A stretch of DNA of 64,000 bases from Bacteroidales bacterium. Its GTDB lineage: Bacteria > Bacteroidota > Bacteroidia > Bacteroidales > UBA932. Below the pieces are notes generated by a model. It had not been told where the DNA came from, searched no databases, and saw only the letters and a list, made by a program, of their open reading frames with translations. Positions within the stretch are counted from its first letter, which is position 1. The number at the start of each line of letters is the position of its first letter. Below are positions 29,841 to 39,731 of the stretch, piece after piece. Made by a program: the position numbers and the translations under genes. Location of the stretch: NCBI GenBank assembly GCA_024401895.1, contig JAKSKE010000002.1:373-64372 (forward strand), written 5' to 3'.

Positions 29841-31390
29841 CGCACTCCTCCTCCGAACCCGCCGCCGCTGAATCCGCGTCCGCCGCCGAACGAGCTCATT
29901 CCTCCCCCTCCGGCCGCCGCAGTCTGGGCGGCAACCCTGGCATTGGTAATTGAATCGGCCATAATACGGGTAATATATATAGTCTGATACATTGCATCGT
30001 AATCGCAGGCCATCTGCTGTTCGAATGCCTGCGGATCAATTTCCTTAAGTTCCCTGGCAACCTTGTCGGCAATTCCGAACAGAGCGGCGAACACCATATA
30101 CTCCTTCCACAGAACAGCCTCGGCGCTGCCCCTCTCCTTGAGCAGGGTGAAATCGTTGAGATAGTTCCTGAGCCCGACAAGATTCCTGGCATTGCGCTGC
30201 CCTTGCGCGGTGAACTTCTTTCCGGCAAGGTTGGATGCTTCGCGGGCGCGCCGGCGACCTTCGAGCGGAAGGTTCTGTGACCAGACCAGGACCTTGGAAC
30301 TGTGGCCCTTTGACCAGCGCTTGAATTCGTTGCGCTGAAGTATGGTGTCGCTTCCCGAAGCCTCCTTCATCATATCGTACAATTCCCGCTCCGATTCGTC
30401 GGAGAATGCGACCGGGGCGTTGTCGTTGAAAGACAGTTCTACATTGCCCCGCTCGTCCTTGGACACCACAATGATTGAATTGTGAATCATTCTCAGAATC
30501 ATTGCGGCGGCAACGCTCCCCTTCCGGTTTTCTCCAAGGATTTCCAACACCATTTCGGACTGCAGGAGATCTCCCTCGAAAGGGATGTCGCGGCACCAGC
30601 CAACCTCTTTCTCTTTGCAGCCCAGAGTATCTTTAACCAGCTTTCTATGCCATAATATGGCAGCGACAATCAAAAGCAGGAGCAAGGCCGTTGAAACTAT
30701 CGCCGCCATTATTGCACCAAAAGTATCGTCTTCAAAGTCGGAACCTTTGAGGGCCTCTTCCAGAAGCGATTCAAAGTTCCTGTCCTGAATGCTGGACGAT
30801 TCAAAGATTCCCTTTTCGAACCTTATGAGAGAGATGACCGAGCACCCCTCGAAAGAGTTGGAATCGCTGCTGAAACGCACGCATCCGTCGGGAGTGAAGC
30901 TCACGCTCCCCCTATAGCCGAAGCCCCATATTCCCGCATTGGCCTCACAGAGAAGAACCGGGGCCTTTACGGTTACAGACACATCGTCGGGAACCGGATT
31001 CAGCCCGGGTGACACTGTCTGCAGGTGGAGGACATCGTAGTCGGCAAGGCTTTTCACGACATTGCTCATACGGTACGACACCACAAAATTGTGATGTCCG
31101 TAACTGCCTATGCCCCAGCAGAGTTCGTATCCGTCGCCGGTATCGACAATACCGCAGCGGCCGGCCTTCTGCTCAAGGCTGCGGTGAACGTTCCACGGAG
31201 TGTCCGGCACGAAGGTTCTCCCGCATTCGCTCACAGTGAAACCGTCCAGGACAATATCGCCGAGATTTTTCCGAACCAGATACTGCTCTGTTCCAGAGGT
31301 GCAGTCTATGTCCCAGGTTTCTGTGACAACGGCACTTCCGTCCTGAAGCAATTCCAGGAAAACAGATATGAACAACGTCAGAAGGTGCAT
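29837..31390 (-). CDS. DUF2207 family membrane protein
   Basis: DGSAVVTETW N-terminal motif, central TM helix, WKEYMVFAALFG and a Gly-rich tail; adjacent to lemA. Confidence 0.8.
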   Translation of the reverse strand: MHLLTLFISVFLELLQDGSAVVTETWDIDCTSGTEQYLVRKNLGDIVLDGFTVSECGRTFVPDTPWNVHRSLEQKAGRCGIVDTGDGYELCWGIGSYGHHNFVVSYRMSNVVKSLADYDVLHLQTVSPGLNPVPDDVSVTVKAPVLLCEANAGIWGFGYRGSVSFTPDGCVRFSSDSNSFEGCSVISLIRFEKGIFESSSIQDRNFESLLEEALKGSDFEDDTFGAIMAAIVSTALLLLLIVAAILWHRKLVKDTLGCKEKEVGWCRDIPFEGDLLQSEMVLEILGENRKGSVAAAMILRMIHNSIIVVSKDERGNVELSFNDNAPVAFSDESERELYDMMKEASGSDTILQRNEFKRWSKGHSSKVLVWSQNLPLEGRRRAREASNLAGKKFTAQGQRNARNLVGLRNYLNDFTLLKERGSAEAVLWKEYMVFAALFGIADKVARELKEIDPQAFEQQMACDYDAMYQTIYITRIMADSITNARVAAQTAAAGGGGMSSFGGGRGFSGGGFGGGVR

Positions 31391-31399
31391 ACCGGCGCT

Positions 31400-31948
31400 C
31401 TATATTTTCATTGAAGGCATCTGAGCCTTGGTAACGTCCTCGGCAAGATAGTCCTTGACCGCGAAGCCCAGAATCCCGGCAACCAGAGAATCGGGGAACT
31501 GACGCACCGTTTTATTGAAACGGGTGATACTGTCATTATATACCATACGGCTCATACGTACCTGATTCTCATAGACATTCACGCTTTCCATAGCCTTGCC
31601 GTAATTTTCGCTTGCCTTCAGCTGCGGATACTGCTCTGCAACTATCTTTATGTTTTTGAGCGCCAACCCAAGGTACGCTTCCTGAGCGTCGGCCTCGGAA
31701 GCCTTGCTGGCACCGGTTATGGTGCTGCGCTTGGAAATTACGTCGCAGATTGTCCTGTACTCGTGTTCGTTGTACGATTTTACGAGTTCGGCGAGAGCCG
31801 TAAGAGCATCCCAACGGCTGTTCTGCTGCACGCCAATCTGGCTCATGGCATTCTTGCACAACTCCTCGCGGCCTACGAGTTTGCGCTGTACGCTTACAAC
31901 CCAAAGTGCAGCTACAAGCACAAAAGCAATGATAATAATGGTTGTCAT
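31400..31948 (-). CDS. lemA: LemA family protein
   Basis: N-terminal TM helix, AEQYPQLKASENY and YNDSITRFNKTVRQFP motifs. Confidence 0.9.
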   Translation of the reverse strand: MTTIIIIAFVLVAALWVVSVQRKLVGREELCKNAMSQIGVQQNSRWDALTALAELVKSYNEHEYRTICDVISKRSTITGASKASEADAQEAYLGLALKNIKIVAEQYPQLKASENYGKAMESVNVYENQVRMSRMVYNDSITRFNKTVRQFPDSLVAGILGFAVKDYLAEDVTKAQMPSMKI

Positions 31949-31970
31949 TTTACTTTAAATTAAAAACTTA

Positions 31971-31991
31971 CAAAAATAACTCGTATATTTG
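31971..31991. promoter_or_regulatory. Overlapping divergent promoters: TATTTTTG (31971-31978, minus, lemA) and TATATTTG (31984-31991, plus, cdd)
   Basis: Two -7 boxes only 5 bp apart. Confidence 0.55.
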
Positions 31992-32009
31992 AAAATCCAA
32001 ACACAGACT

Positions 32010-32483
32010 ATGACACAAAAAGAAATCAGAATCGGTTATACCGAATACTCTTCAATAGCCGAAATGCAGCCGGCCGACAGGGAACTTGCCTCCGAGGCAA
32101 TAGCGGCAATGAACAACGCCTATGCGCCGTATTCCCACTTTCACGTGGGGGCCGCAGTAAGAATGTCCAATTCGCAGATAGTCCGTGGCAGCAATCAGGA
32201 AAACGCAGCCTTCCCGTCCGGGCTTTGCGCCGAACGCACCGCAATGTTCGCGGCGGCGGCAAAATATCCCGACAAAGATATGCAGAGCATTGCCATTGCC
32301 GGAGGGGTTTACGGCCGTCTCGCCGAGCAGCCGGCCACACCCTGCGGAGCCTGCCGTCAGGTTATGGCCCAATACCAGACAAAAGCGGGAAAACCAATGT
32401 CTATAATAATGATAGGGTCAAAGAAAATCTGGAAGTTCGACCGCGTAGATGACATTCTGCCGCTTATCTTCGACAGCATCTAA
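32010..32483 (+). CDS. cdd: Cytidine deaminase
   Basis: AYAPYSHFHVGAA, NQENA, CAER and PCGACRQ motifs. Confidence 0.93.
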   Translation: MTQKEIRIGYTEYSSIAEMQPADRELASEAIAAMNNAYAPYSHFHVGAAVRMSNSQIVRGSNQENAAFPSGLCAERTAMFAAAAKYPDKDMQSIAIAGGVYGRLAEQPATPCGACRQVMAQYQTKAGKPMSIIMIGSKKIWKFDRVDDILPLIFDSI

Positions 32484-33511
32484 CGGCTTTCCGCATTGAC
32501 TGCCCTGGAATAGGGAGCGGCATCCAGGGGGCAGCGCTCTCCCGCCAGATAATGAAAATGGCCGGCGATTGCTATCATAGCTGCGTTGTCGGTAGTGAAC
32601 TTGAATTCCGGAAGGAAGGTTTCCCATCCGCGCTTGCGTCCTTCCTCTACTATGCGGGTGCGCAGTCCGCTGTTTGCAGAAACGCCGCCGCCTATCGCAA
32701 TCTGTGTTATACCGGTCTGCCTGGCGGCCTTCACCAGCTTGTCCATCAGAATATCTATGAGCGCCTTCTGGAACGATGCGCAGATATCTTCCTTGTTGTT
32801 CTCCAGGAAGGCGCTGTCCTTTGCCATTTCGTCGCGCACAAAGTACAGCAGTGAAGTCTTTATTCCCGAGAAACTGTAGTCCAGACCGGGAACGCGGGGC
32901 TTTGCGAACTTGAACCTGTCGGGATTGCCGAGTTTTGCAAGACGGTCGATCACGGGTCCGCCCGGGTAGCCCAGTCCCATCATTTTGGAACACTTGTCGA
33001 ACGCCTCACCCACGGCGTCGTCTATGGTCTGGCCCAGGATTTCGAAATGCAACGGGTCATTCACCTTAACTATCTGCGAGTTGCCTCCGCTCACGAGCAG
33101 GCACAGGAACGGGAATGACGGTTCCCTCACCGCAACATCCTTCTGCCTTACAAAACCGGCCAGGACGTGTCCCTGAAGATGGTTCACCTCTATGAGGGGG
33201 CAGCCCACGGAAAGGCTCAGCGCCTTGGCGAAAGACGTTCCCACCAGCAGCGACCCCAACAGGCCGGGGCCTCTGGTGAAGGCTATCGCCGAAAGCTCCG
33301 AAGATTTTACTCCCGCCCTTGACAGCGCCTCGCTCACAACGGGCACAATGTTCAGCTCGTGAGCGCGGGATGCCAGTTCGGGAACTACTCCGCCATAATC
33401 CTTATGAACCTGCTGGGAAGCGATTACGTTAGACAGCAGGACGCGATCCTGAAGGACGGCAGCGGAAGTGTCGTCGCAGGATGACTCGATACCAAGAATA
33501 ATTTCAGACAT
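32480..33511 (-). CDS. tsaD: tRNA N6-adenosine threonylcarbamoyltransferase
   Basis: LGIESSCDDT, HLQGH, SGGNSQ, GEAFDK and TDNAAMI motifs. Confidence 0.96.
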   Translation of the reverse strand: MSEIILGIESSCDDTSAAVLQDRVLLSNVIASQQVHKDYGGVVPELASRAHELNIVPVVSEALSRAGVKSSELSAIAFTRGPGLLGSLLVGTSFAKALSLSVGCPLIEVNHLQGHVLAGFVRQKDVAVREPSFPFLCLLVSGGNSQIVKVNDPLHFEILGQTIDDAVGEAFDKCSKMMGLGYPGGPVIDRLAKLGNPDRFKFAKPRVPGLDYSFSGIKTSLLYFVRDEMAKDSAFLENNKEDICASFQKALIDILMDKLVKAARQTGITQIAIGGGVSANSGLRTRIVEEGRKRGWETFLPEFKFTTDNAAMIAIAGHFHYLAGERCPLDAAPYSRAVNAESR

Positions 33512-33520
33512 TTCAAGCCC

Positions 33521-33558
33521 CAAATATAGTGATATTTGCCGGATAAATGTTATTTTTG
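33521..33558. promoter_or_regulatory. Divergent promoters: TATATTTG (33521-33528, minus, tsaD) and TATTTTTG (33551-33558, plus, tamB)
   Basis: TAnnTTTG consensus on both strands. Confidence 0.55.
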
Positions 33559-33587
33559 TAGGATTAGGCATTTCTATTGAGGGCAGG

Positions 33588-36500
33588 ATGAAAAAGAGAT
33601 ACTATATTCTGGCACGCATTGCGGGGTTTTTGCTTATAGCCCTGTGCACCGTCGTGTTCCTGATTCAGATTCCTTCTGTCCAGACCAGACTCGCACAGGC
33701 CGCGGTATCGTATCTGAGCGGAAAGATAGACGCCGACGTATCCATAGGAAAAATTCAATTCGTGCCCGGCAACGGCCTGCTCATCACCGACATTGCAATC
33801 ATTGACCGCACGCCCTACACCCTGGACAGATACGGAAAGGGATACGAGCCCAGCGACTCATTCTTTGTGGCCGGTTCCATAAAGGCCCGCATTTCGCTGA
33901 GCGGACTCCTCAAAGGAATGCCGCTGCGTTTCAGGAGCCTCCAGGTTGACGACGGACAGATGTGCATTGTGGTGGAGCCCGACGCTATGCCATATCTGAA
34001 CAACCTGCAGAGAATCTTCGGAGTCCCGGCCCCGACTGTTCCGCCCGAACCATCGACAGAGGACATTTTTGTAATAAAGGACGTGCAGGTGAACAATTTC
34101 CGTTTCAGACTCAAGAACTTCACACCAATTCCGCTGGTTCGCAACCCCGAAGGATACGGGTTCAACTGGCAGGACCTGGAAGTATTCGCCAACGTCACGG
34201 CGCGCAACCTGCATTTTGTAAACGGAATAATGAGCGGCAACTGCGACAGATGCGAAGCCTGGACCAGAGACGGATACCGTATCCACAGTGTGAGCGGAGA
34301 TGCCGCGGTAGGTCGCGGAAAGACCCTTATCAAAGACTTGAAGATAGTGGATGACTGGAGCAACCTCAACCTGGACTATTTCACTATGACCTACAGGAAC
34401 TCCCTGGCATTCGTGCATTTTACCGATTCCGTAAGTCTCGGAGGCAAGTTTCTGCCCGGCACCCTGTCTTTCAAGACCCTCAAGAACATTGTGGGGCTGA
34501 TGCCCACGAACACCGTCCTGCTGAACATTGAGAAAGGCGAGGTTCACGGCCCGGTTGACAATTTGGAGATAAACGGGCTGGCCTTCCGCGAAGAAGCCAG
34601 CGGGCTGCAGGCCCACATCGACCACATTACGCTGCGCGGAATAACCGACATAAAACGGATGCAGTTCCTGGCCGACATTCCCGGGATATCTGTTAAATCG
34701 CAGAATGTCCCCGGCTTTCTGTCCCGCTTTGCCGGGGTGAAAAACCTGAACCTGCCGAAAGACATCAATCTCGATCTGGGCCTCAACGCCAACGGCAGCC
34801 TGGACAATTTTGACGCCGGCCTTCGGCTCGCCACCAACGTAGGAAAGGTTGTGGCCGACTTGAACGTACGGAATCTAACCAATCCCGCCGGAAAACCGGC
34901 CATTGGAGGAGGCCTTACCGCCACAGAACTGGATGCCGGAGTTCTGGCAGGGTCGAAGGAGTTGGGCATTCTTAACCTGGACACGCAGCTGAATGCCGTC
35001 CTTGGAGAGGATATGTATGTAAAAGTCGATTCTCTGCTCATTGACAGGCTGGACTTCAAAGGTTACAGCTATCACGGCATAAAAGGCCACGGTGTCATTG
35101 ACGGGAAGCGCATCAAATGCCGCCTCGGCTGCAGGGAAGAGAATCTGGATTTCAGAATCGACGCAACCTCGAAAGGCGGCGGATATAACTTGAACGCAAA
35201 CGTAGCCGAAGCCAACCTCGCGGCGCTTGGACTGGAAGAGCTTACGGGAATGAAAGGCTTCAGCGGAAACATAGCGGCGCGCATAGACGCTTTTGACAAA
35301 GACCATAAGATGGGCAGAATAACGCTGTCGTCGCTGAATTTCAACAAAGACAACGGCATTGCCAAGAAGATAGACCTGGTTAACGCCGATATGAATATGG
35401 ATTCCTGCGGAATGTCCCTGAAAGTGACTTCGGGTTTCCTTAGCGGGGAACTTAGCGGAAAGAGCATCGAAGACTTTGACGCCAGGCTGGACATTCACGA
35501 CAAAGAAAGGCTTCTGGGATTCTTTGTACCCGGCCTGTATGTGGCCGACAACAGTACAATACAGGCACTGCGCACCCCGGGAGACAAGATTAATCTCAAG
35601 CTTGTGTCTCCGTTCATTGGTTTCAACGAGAATTATCTGAAAGCCGTTGACATAGACGTAAACTATAGCGATTCAAACGCTTCCCTCCTCATATCGAGTC
35701 CCGAGATAGGGCTGGGCGGCCTGGTACTGGACCAAACCGTGGTGCGGCTTGCAGGAAACTACGAAACAACCGCAAAGAGCCTGACCCTCAACACCGTCCA
35801 GGACTCATCCTACATAAGCATAAGCGAGCAGCGGTGGAACGTCTCCAATTCCATCATACATTTGGACGAGAGCGGTATAAAACTTAACAACTTTGCTCTG
35901 GACGGAGCGGGCGGAGAATTTCTGTTCGCCGACGGAGGCCTCTCGAAAGTGCGGTCCGACACCCTGTTGGTAGGTTTGAGCAACCTGGATTTCAGCCTTT
36001 TGGACGACATTACCGCAAGCGAGTATGACATTCGCGGAAAATTCAATGGAATTGCCACGGTGGAATCTACTCCCGGCGGCGCTGTTCAGCTGGACGCAGC
36101 CCTGGCGCTGGACGATCTGTCGCTGCGGGGAAAATCGGCCGGAAGCTACGCGATTGCCGCCTCTGCCGACAGTTCCAGGATTCTGGCCAATATCAGCAAC
36201 ACCTCTGCCGACGGGAAACTTATGCTCAATGCGCTGGCCAACATCAATTCTGCCGACCGAACCCTCGATGCCGAAGCTCGGTTCGACGGATTCAAGCTGA
36301 ACGTGGCCCAGCCCATCCTGAACAGCATATTCAGCGAATTGGACGGAGAGCTGAACGGAACCCTGAAGGCTTCGGGAAGAATGGATTCCATCCAGGTCAC
36401 CAGCAACGAGCTGGAACTCAGCAATGCACTTCTGAGAGTCAGGGCCACGAATGTGCCGTATTCTCTCAACGGTAAGCTCAGGCTGTCCGAGTCGGGACTG

Positions 36501-37928
36501 AGTCTGGAAAGGATGCGGATAAATGACGACGAAGACGGAAGCGGAAGTCTGAGCGGAAAGCTCGATTTCAACGGATTCAAAAGTCCGTCCCTTAAAGCCA
36601 GGCTGGCTCTCAACGAGCTCAAGCTTCTGGGCAAGAGCGACAACGGCTCCGATTTCTACGGTACGGCCTACGGCAGCGGAGACATTCTGGTGGGAGGACC
36701 GCTGAACAACCTTAACATAGACGTGAACGTTTCCACAGCAAAGAACGGACGGGTTCACGTACCGGTAGGCAGCGCTCTGGCCGCAGAAAGTAAAATCCTC
36801 ACATTCACCCAAAAGCGGGATTTCTCTGACGAGTATCTCCAGGCCCTCCGGGAAAAGCAGGCCGGAAACGCCGGCAAGGCTTCCAGCCTTAAAATAAATG
36901 CAAAGGTGCGCCTGCAGGAGAACACCGAGGCCCTGGTAGAGATAGACAAGTCTCAGGGGCACGCCATCACTGTAAGGGGTACCGGCGACGTAACGGTGGG
37001 CATAGATCCGACCCTCGGCGATATAGAGCTCGGCGGCACCTACAACATTACAGGCGGACGCTATCATTTCTCGGCCTTGTCCAACGTAGCCACCAAGGAC
37101 TTTACGATTCAGAACGGAAGTTCTATAAAATTCAACGGCAAACCGCTGGACAGCCAGTTCGACATTACGGCACTCTACACCAAGAAGGCCAGCATAGAAC
37201 CGCTTCTGGCAAGCACCAAATCTGACGGTGGACTGAGGACTGTGGAATGCGGGCTTCACATAGGCAACCGAATCGCTAACCCCGATTTGAAATTCTCCAT
37301 AAACGTTCCCGATATGGACCCCACCACCAAGAGCCAGGTAGAGTCGGCCCTGAATACCGACGACAAGGTACAGAAACAGTTCGTGGCGCTTGTGCTTACC
37401 GGAAGTTTCATTCCTACCGAGGAGTCTGGAGTCACCTTCAATGGCGGCAATGCAGTATTCTCCAACCTGTCATCGGTTATGTCCAGCCAGCTCAACAACA
37501 TCCTGCAGACCCTCAACATTCCCGTGGATATGGGTCTGAACTACCAGAAGAGCAATAGCGGAAAGGACATCTTCGACGTTGCCGTATCTACCCAACTGTT
37601 CCACAACCGGGTTATCCTGAACGGCTCGGTTGGCAATAGGGAAAACGCTACCTCGGCCAATGGCGTTGTGGGCGATGTCGATATGGAAGTAAAGCTCAAC
37701 AAGTCGGGCAGCTTCAGGCTCAAGCTGTTCTCGCATTCTCCCGATTCCTATACCAATTATCTGGACAACACGCAGCGCAACGGGCTGGGACTTTCCTTCC
37801 AGAGCGAATTCACGTATTGGAAGACCCTGTGGAGAAGCATTGTGGGCAAGAAAGAGGAAAGAGAGCGTATCAAACGGTCAAGGTTCACGCGAACCAGGCC
37901 TCTAAAAACAATTCTTATAGATGAGTAA
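33588..37928 (+). CDS. Translocation/assembly module TamB-like protein
   Basis: About 1446 aa with an N-terminal anchor (IQIPSVQT), amphipathic beta-strand repeats and a C-terminal DUF490-like region. Confidence 0.83.
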   Translation: MKKRYYILARIAGFLLIALCTVVFLIQIPSVQTRLAQAAVSYLSGKIDADVSIGKIQFVPGNGLLITDIAIIDRTPYTLDRYGKGYEPSDSFFVAGSIKARISLSGLLKGMPLRFRSLQVDDGQMCIVVEPDAMPYLNNLQRIFGVPAPTVPPEPSTEDIFVIKDVQVNNFRFRLKNFTPIPLVRNPEGYGFNWQDLEVFANVTARNLHFVNGIMSGNCDRCEAWTRDGYRIHSVSGDAAVGRGKTLIKDLKIVDDWSNLNLDYFTMTYRNSLAFVHFTDSVSLGGKFLPGTLSFKTLKNIVGLMPTNTVLLNIEKGEVHGPVDNLEINGLAFREEASGLQAHIDHITLRGITDIKRMQFLADIPGISVKSQNVPGFLSRFAGVKNLNLPKDINLDLGLNANGSLDNFDAGLRLATNVGKVVADLNVRNLTNPAGKPAIGGGLTATELDAGVLAGSKELGILNLDTQLNAVLGEDMYVKVDSLLIDRLDFKGYSYHGIKGHGVIDGKRIKCRLGCREENLDFRIDATSKGGGYNLNANVAEANLAALGLEELTGMKGFSGNIAARIDAFDKDHKMGRITLSSLNFNKDNGIAKKIDLVNADMNMDSCGMSLKVTSGFLSGELSGKSIEDFDARLDIHDKERLLGFFVPGLYVADNSTIQALRTPGDKINLKLVSPFIGFNENYLKAVDIDVNYSDSNASLLISSPEIGLGGLVLDQTVVRLAGNYETTAKSLTLNTVQDSSYISISEQRWNVSNSIIHLDESGIKLNNFALDGAGGEFLFADGGLSKVRSDTLLVGLSNLDFSLLDDITASEYDIRGKFNGIATVESTPGGAVQLDAALALDDLSLRGKSAGSYAIAASADSSRILANISNTSADGKLMLNALANINSADRTLDAEARFDGFKLNVAQPILNSIFSELDGELNGTLKASGRMDSIQVTSNELELSNALLRVRATNVPYSLNGKLRLSESGLSLERMRINDDEDGSGSLSGKLDFNGFKSPSLKARLALNELKLLGKSDNGSDFYGTAYGSGDILVGGPLNNLNIDVNVSTAKNGRVHVPVGSALAAESKILTFTQKRDFSDEYLQALREKQAGNAGKASSLKINAKVRLQENTEALVEIDKSQGHAITVRGTGDVTVGIDPTLGDIELGGTYNITGGRYHFSALSNVATKDFTIQNGSSIKFNGKPLDSQFDITALYTKKASIEPLLASTKSDGGLRTVECGLHIGNRIANPDLKFSINVPDMDPTTKSQVESALNTDDKVQKQFVALVLTGSFIPTEESGVTFNGGNAVFSNLSSVMSSQLNNILQTLNIPVDMGLNYQKSNSGKDIFDVAVSTQLFHNRVILNGSVGNRENATSANGVVGDVDMEVKLNKSGSFRLKLFSHSPDSYTNYLDNTQRNGLGLSFQSEFTYWKTLWRSIVGKKEERERIKRSRFTRTRPLKTILIDE

Positions 37929-38622
37929 ACTGTACCTTATACCCACCACCCTTGGAGAAAACGAGCCGGCAGAGGTTCTTCCCCAGAGTGTGCTCAACCT
38001 GATTCCTTCTCTCAGGATTTTTGTCGTGGAGGAATTGCGCACCGCGCGCAGGTTTCTTTCGAAAACCGGGCACAGAGGGCATATTGACGAGTTGGAATTC
38101 CACACACTCAACGAGCATACAAGTGCACAGGAGGTGTCGGCTCTCACAGAATTGTTTTCGAGAGGAGACGTGGGACTCCTGTCGGAAGCGGGGCTCCCGG
38201 CAGTGGCCGACCCCGGTGCACTTCTGGTAGCCGCCTGCCACAGAATGGGGATAGACGTAGTGCCTCTGGTAGGACCGTCTTCACTTATGCTGGCGCTTAT
38301 GGGTTCGGGGCTCAACGGTCAGTCTTTCGCTTTCCGAGGCTACCTTCCGGCAAAGACCGATGAACGCCGGGCCGCGCTAAGGAGTGTGGAGAAGCAGTCG
38401 GCCTCCCTGCATCAGTCGCAGATATTCATTGAGACACCTTACCGCAACGATGCGCTGTTCGCCGATATGCTCGCCGGACTTTCCGACAGCACCCGGCTCT
38501 GCATTGCCGCCGACCTCACCCTTGAGTCTGAACTCATACGCACAAAAACGGTGGCACAATGGAAAAAAGAAAAGGCCTTCTCCATTGGGAAAAGACCTTG
38601 CGTATTCATAATTCTGGCTTAA
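37921..38622 (+). CDS. Tetrapyrrole-methylase family SAM-dependent methyltransferase (RsmI-like)
   Basis: LYLIPTTLG, SEAGLPAVADPG, GPSS and FIETPYRN motifs. Confidence 0.85.
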   Translation: MSKLYLIPTTLGENEPAEVLPQSVLNLIPSLRIFVVEELRTARRFLSKTGHRGHIDELEFHTLNEHTSAQEVSALTELFSRGDVGLLSEAGLPAVADPGALLVAACHRMGIDVVPLVGPSSLMLALMGSGLNGQSFAFRGYLPAKTDERRAALRSVEKQSASLHQSQIFIETPYRNDALFADMLAGLSDSTRLCIAADLTLESELIRTKTVAQWKKEKAFSIGKRPCVFIILA

Positions 38623-38978
38623 GGCCTTTCAACCGTAGCGGCCGACAACAGGCATTCTCCGTCCACGGGAGGGTTCAGTTTGCATACCTTTACGCTGAAG
38701 CGCTCGAGTTGCGGAAATTCCGCAGATATGGAATCGGCAATGCGGACAGCCACAGTTTCTATGAGTTTGCAGGGTATTTGCATCTGCGCGGCCACCAAAG
38801 CATAAACGCGGGCAAGATCTATGGCCTGTGACAGGTCGTCGCAGCCGGCCGCCGGGCCGAAATCGTAATAACATTCGAAATCTACCAGATACTCGGCTCC
38901 GCTCTGCCTTTCGAACGGCAGGCAACCGTGGAATGCGTAAAACTTCATTCCTTTGAGTTCCAATTTCTGATTTTTCAT
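38619..38978 (-). CDS. folB: Dihydroneopterin aldolase
   Basis: FYAFHGCLPFER, LIETVA and KLNPP motifs. Confidence 0.88.
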   Translation of the reverse strand: MKNQKLELKGMKFYAFHGCLPFERQSGAEYLVDFECYYDFGPAAGCDDLSQAIDLARVYALVAAQMQIPCKLIETVAVRIADSISAEFPQLERFSVKVCKLNPPVDGECLLSAATVERP

Positions 38979-39034
38979 TTGCAGACTGTTAGTGTAAAAT
39001 TTTATACCTTTGTACAAATTTAGCAAAAATAATT

Positions 39035-39691
39035 ATGAAACGTATCTGCACCTTACTTGCCGTATGTATGGCTATATCTTCGACTCTCTTTGCTCAGGAC
39101 GAAAAACTTGCTCCCGGAATTTATTCTATCGTAGACGGAACTGCAACTTCCCTGCATTACTCTCCGGGAATCAGCCATAACTCAGGAGTCAACGTCATTG
39201 GCGTGGAAATAGGCAAAACCAGTGTCACGTTCAAGGGAGAAACCGCAGGAGTCACTGTAACCGACAAAATAGTTATGGTAATAGACCCCGAGAAAAAAGC
39301 CATTATTAGAACTCCCAAGCGTTACGATGCGTTCATCAAGTCAATGACCCCCGACCTCATTCTCATTGTTCCGCTGCAGGTTGCCAAGAACAAACGCATA
39401 TATGACGGAGGCACGTCTCTGCAAGGATTCAACACCAACAAACTCCCCAGAGTTGAGTTCGAATGGGAGCTCATAGACGAAAACACCTTCGAAATCAGGG
39501 CCGATTTCCAGCCCGGCGAATACGCAGTGGTATTCAAGCCCGCCAAACTCGGGGCATATGACTTCAGCGGCATTTACGGTTTCTGCGTAAAAGAGGCCCA
39601 GCCGGAAACACCCGCAGAAACTTCTACAGACACTCCGATAGACACTCCGGTAGAGACTCCGGTAGAGACTCCGGTAGAGACAGCCGAATAA
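39035..39691 (+). CDS. Secreted hypothetical protein with Pro/Thr/Glu repeat tail
   Basis: Signal peptide (MKRICTLLAVCMAISSTLFA), beta-rich core (PGEYAVVF) and TPVE repeats; TACCTTTG box at 39005-39012. Confidence 0.75.
   Translation: MKRICTLLAVCMAISSTLFAQDEKLAPGIYSIVDGTATSLHYSPGISHNSGVNVIGVEIGKTSVTFKGETAGVTVTDKIVMVIDPEKKAIIRTPKRYDAFIKSMTPDLILIVPLQVAKNKRIYDGGTSLQGFNTNKLPRVEFEWELIDENTFEIRADFQPGEYAVVFKPAKLGAYDFSGIYGFCVKEAQPETPAETSTDTPIDTPVETPVETPVETAE
39629..39676 (+). repeat. In-frame 12-bp tandem repeat GA(C/G)ACTCCG(A/G)TA x4
   Basis: gacactccgata gacactccggta gagactccggta gagactccggta. Confidence 0.9.
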
Positions 39692-39707
39692 AATAAAATG
39701 GTGCTGC

Positions 39708-39731
39708 CCTTTCCCTTTTCAGCGGGAAAGG
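39708..39731. terminator. Possible hairpin between convergent genes
   Basis: CCTTTCCC-ttttcagc-GGGAAAGG stem-loop spanning the recQ stop; no clear U-tract. Confidence 0.3.

Noticed and set aside
39629-39676. CRISPR-like array
   Set aside because: The 12-bp units have no spacers, lie in frame inside a CDS, and there are no cas genes.
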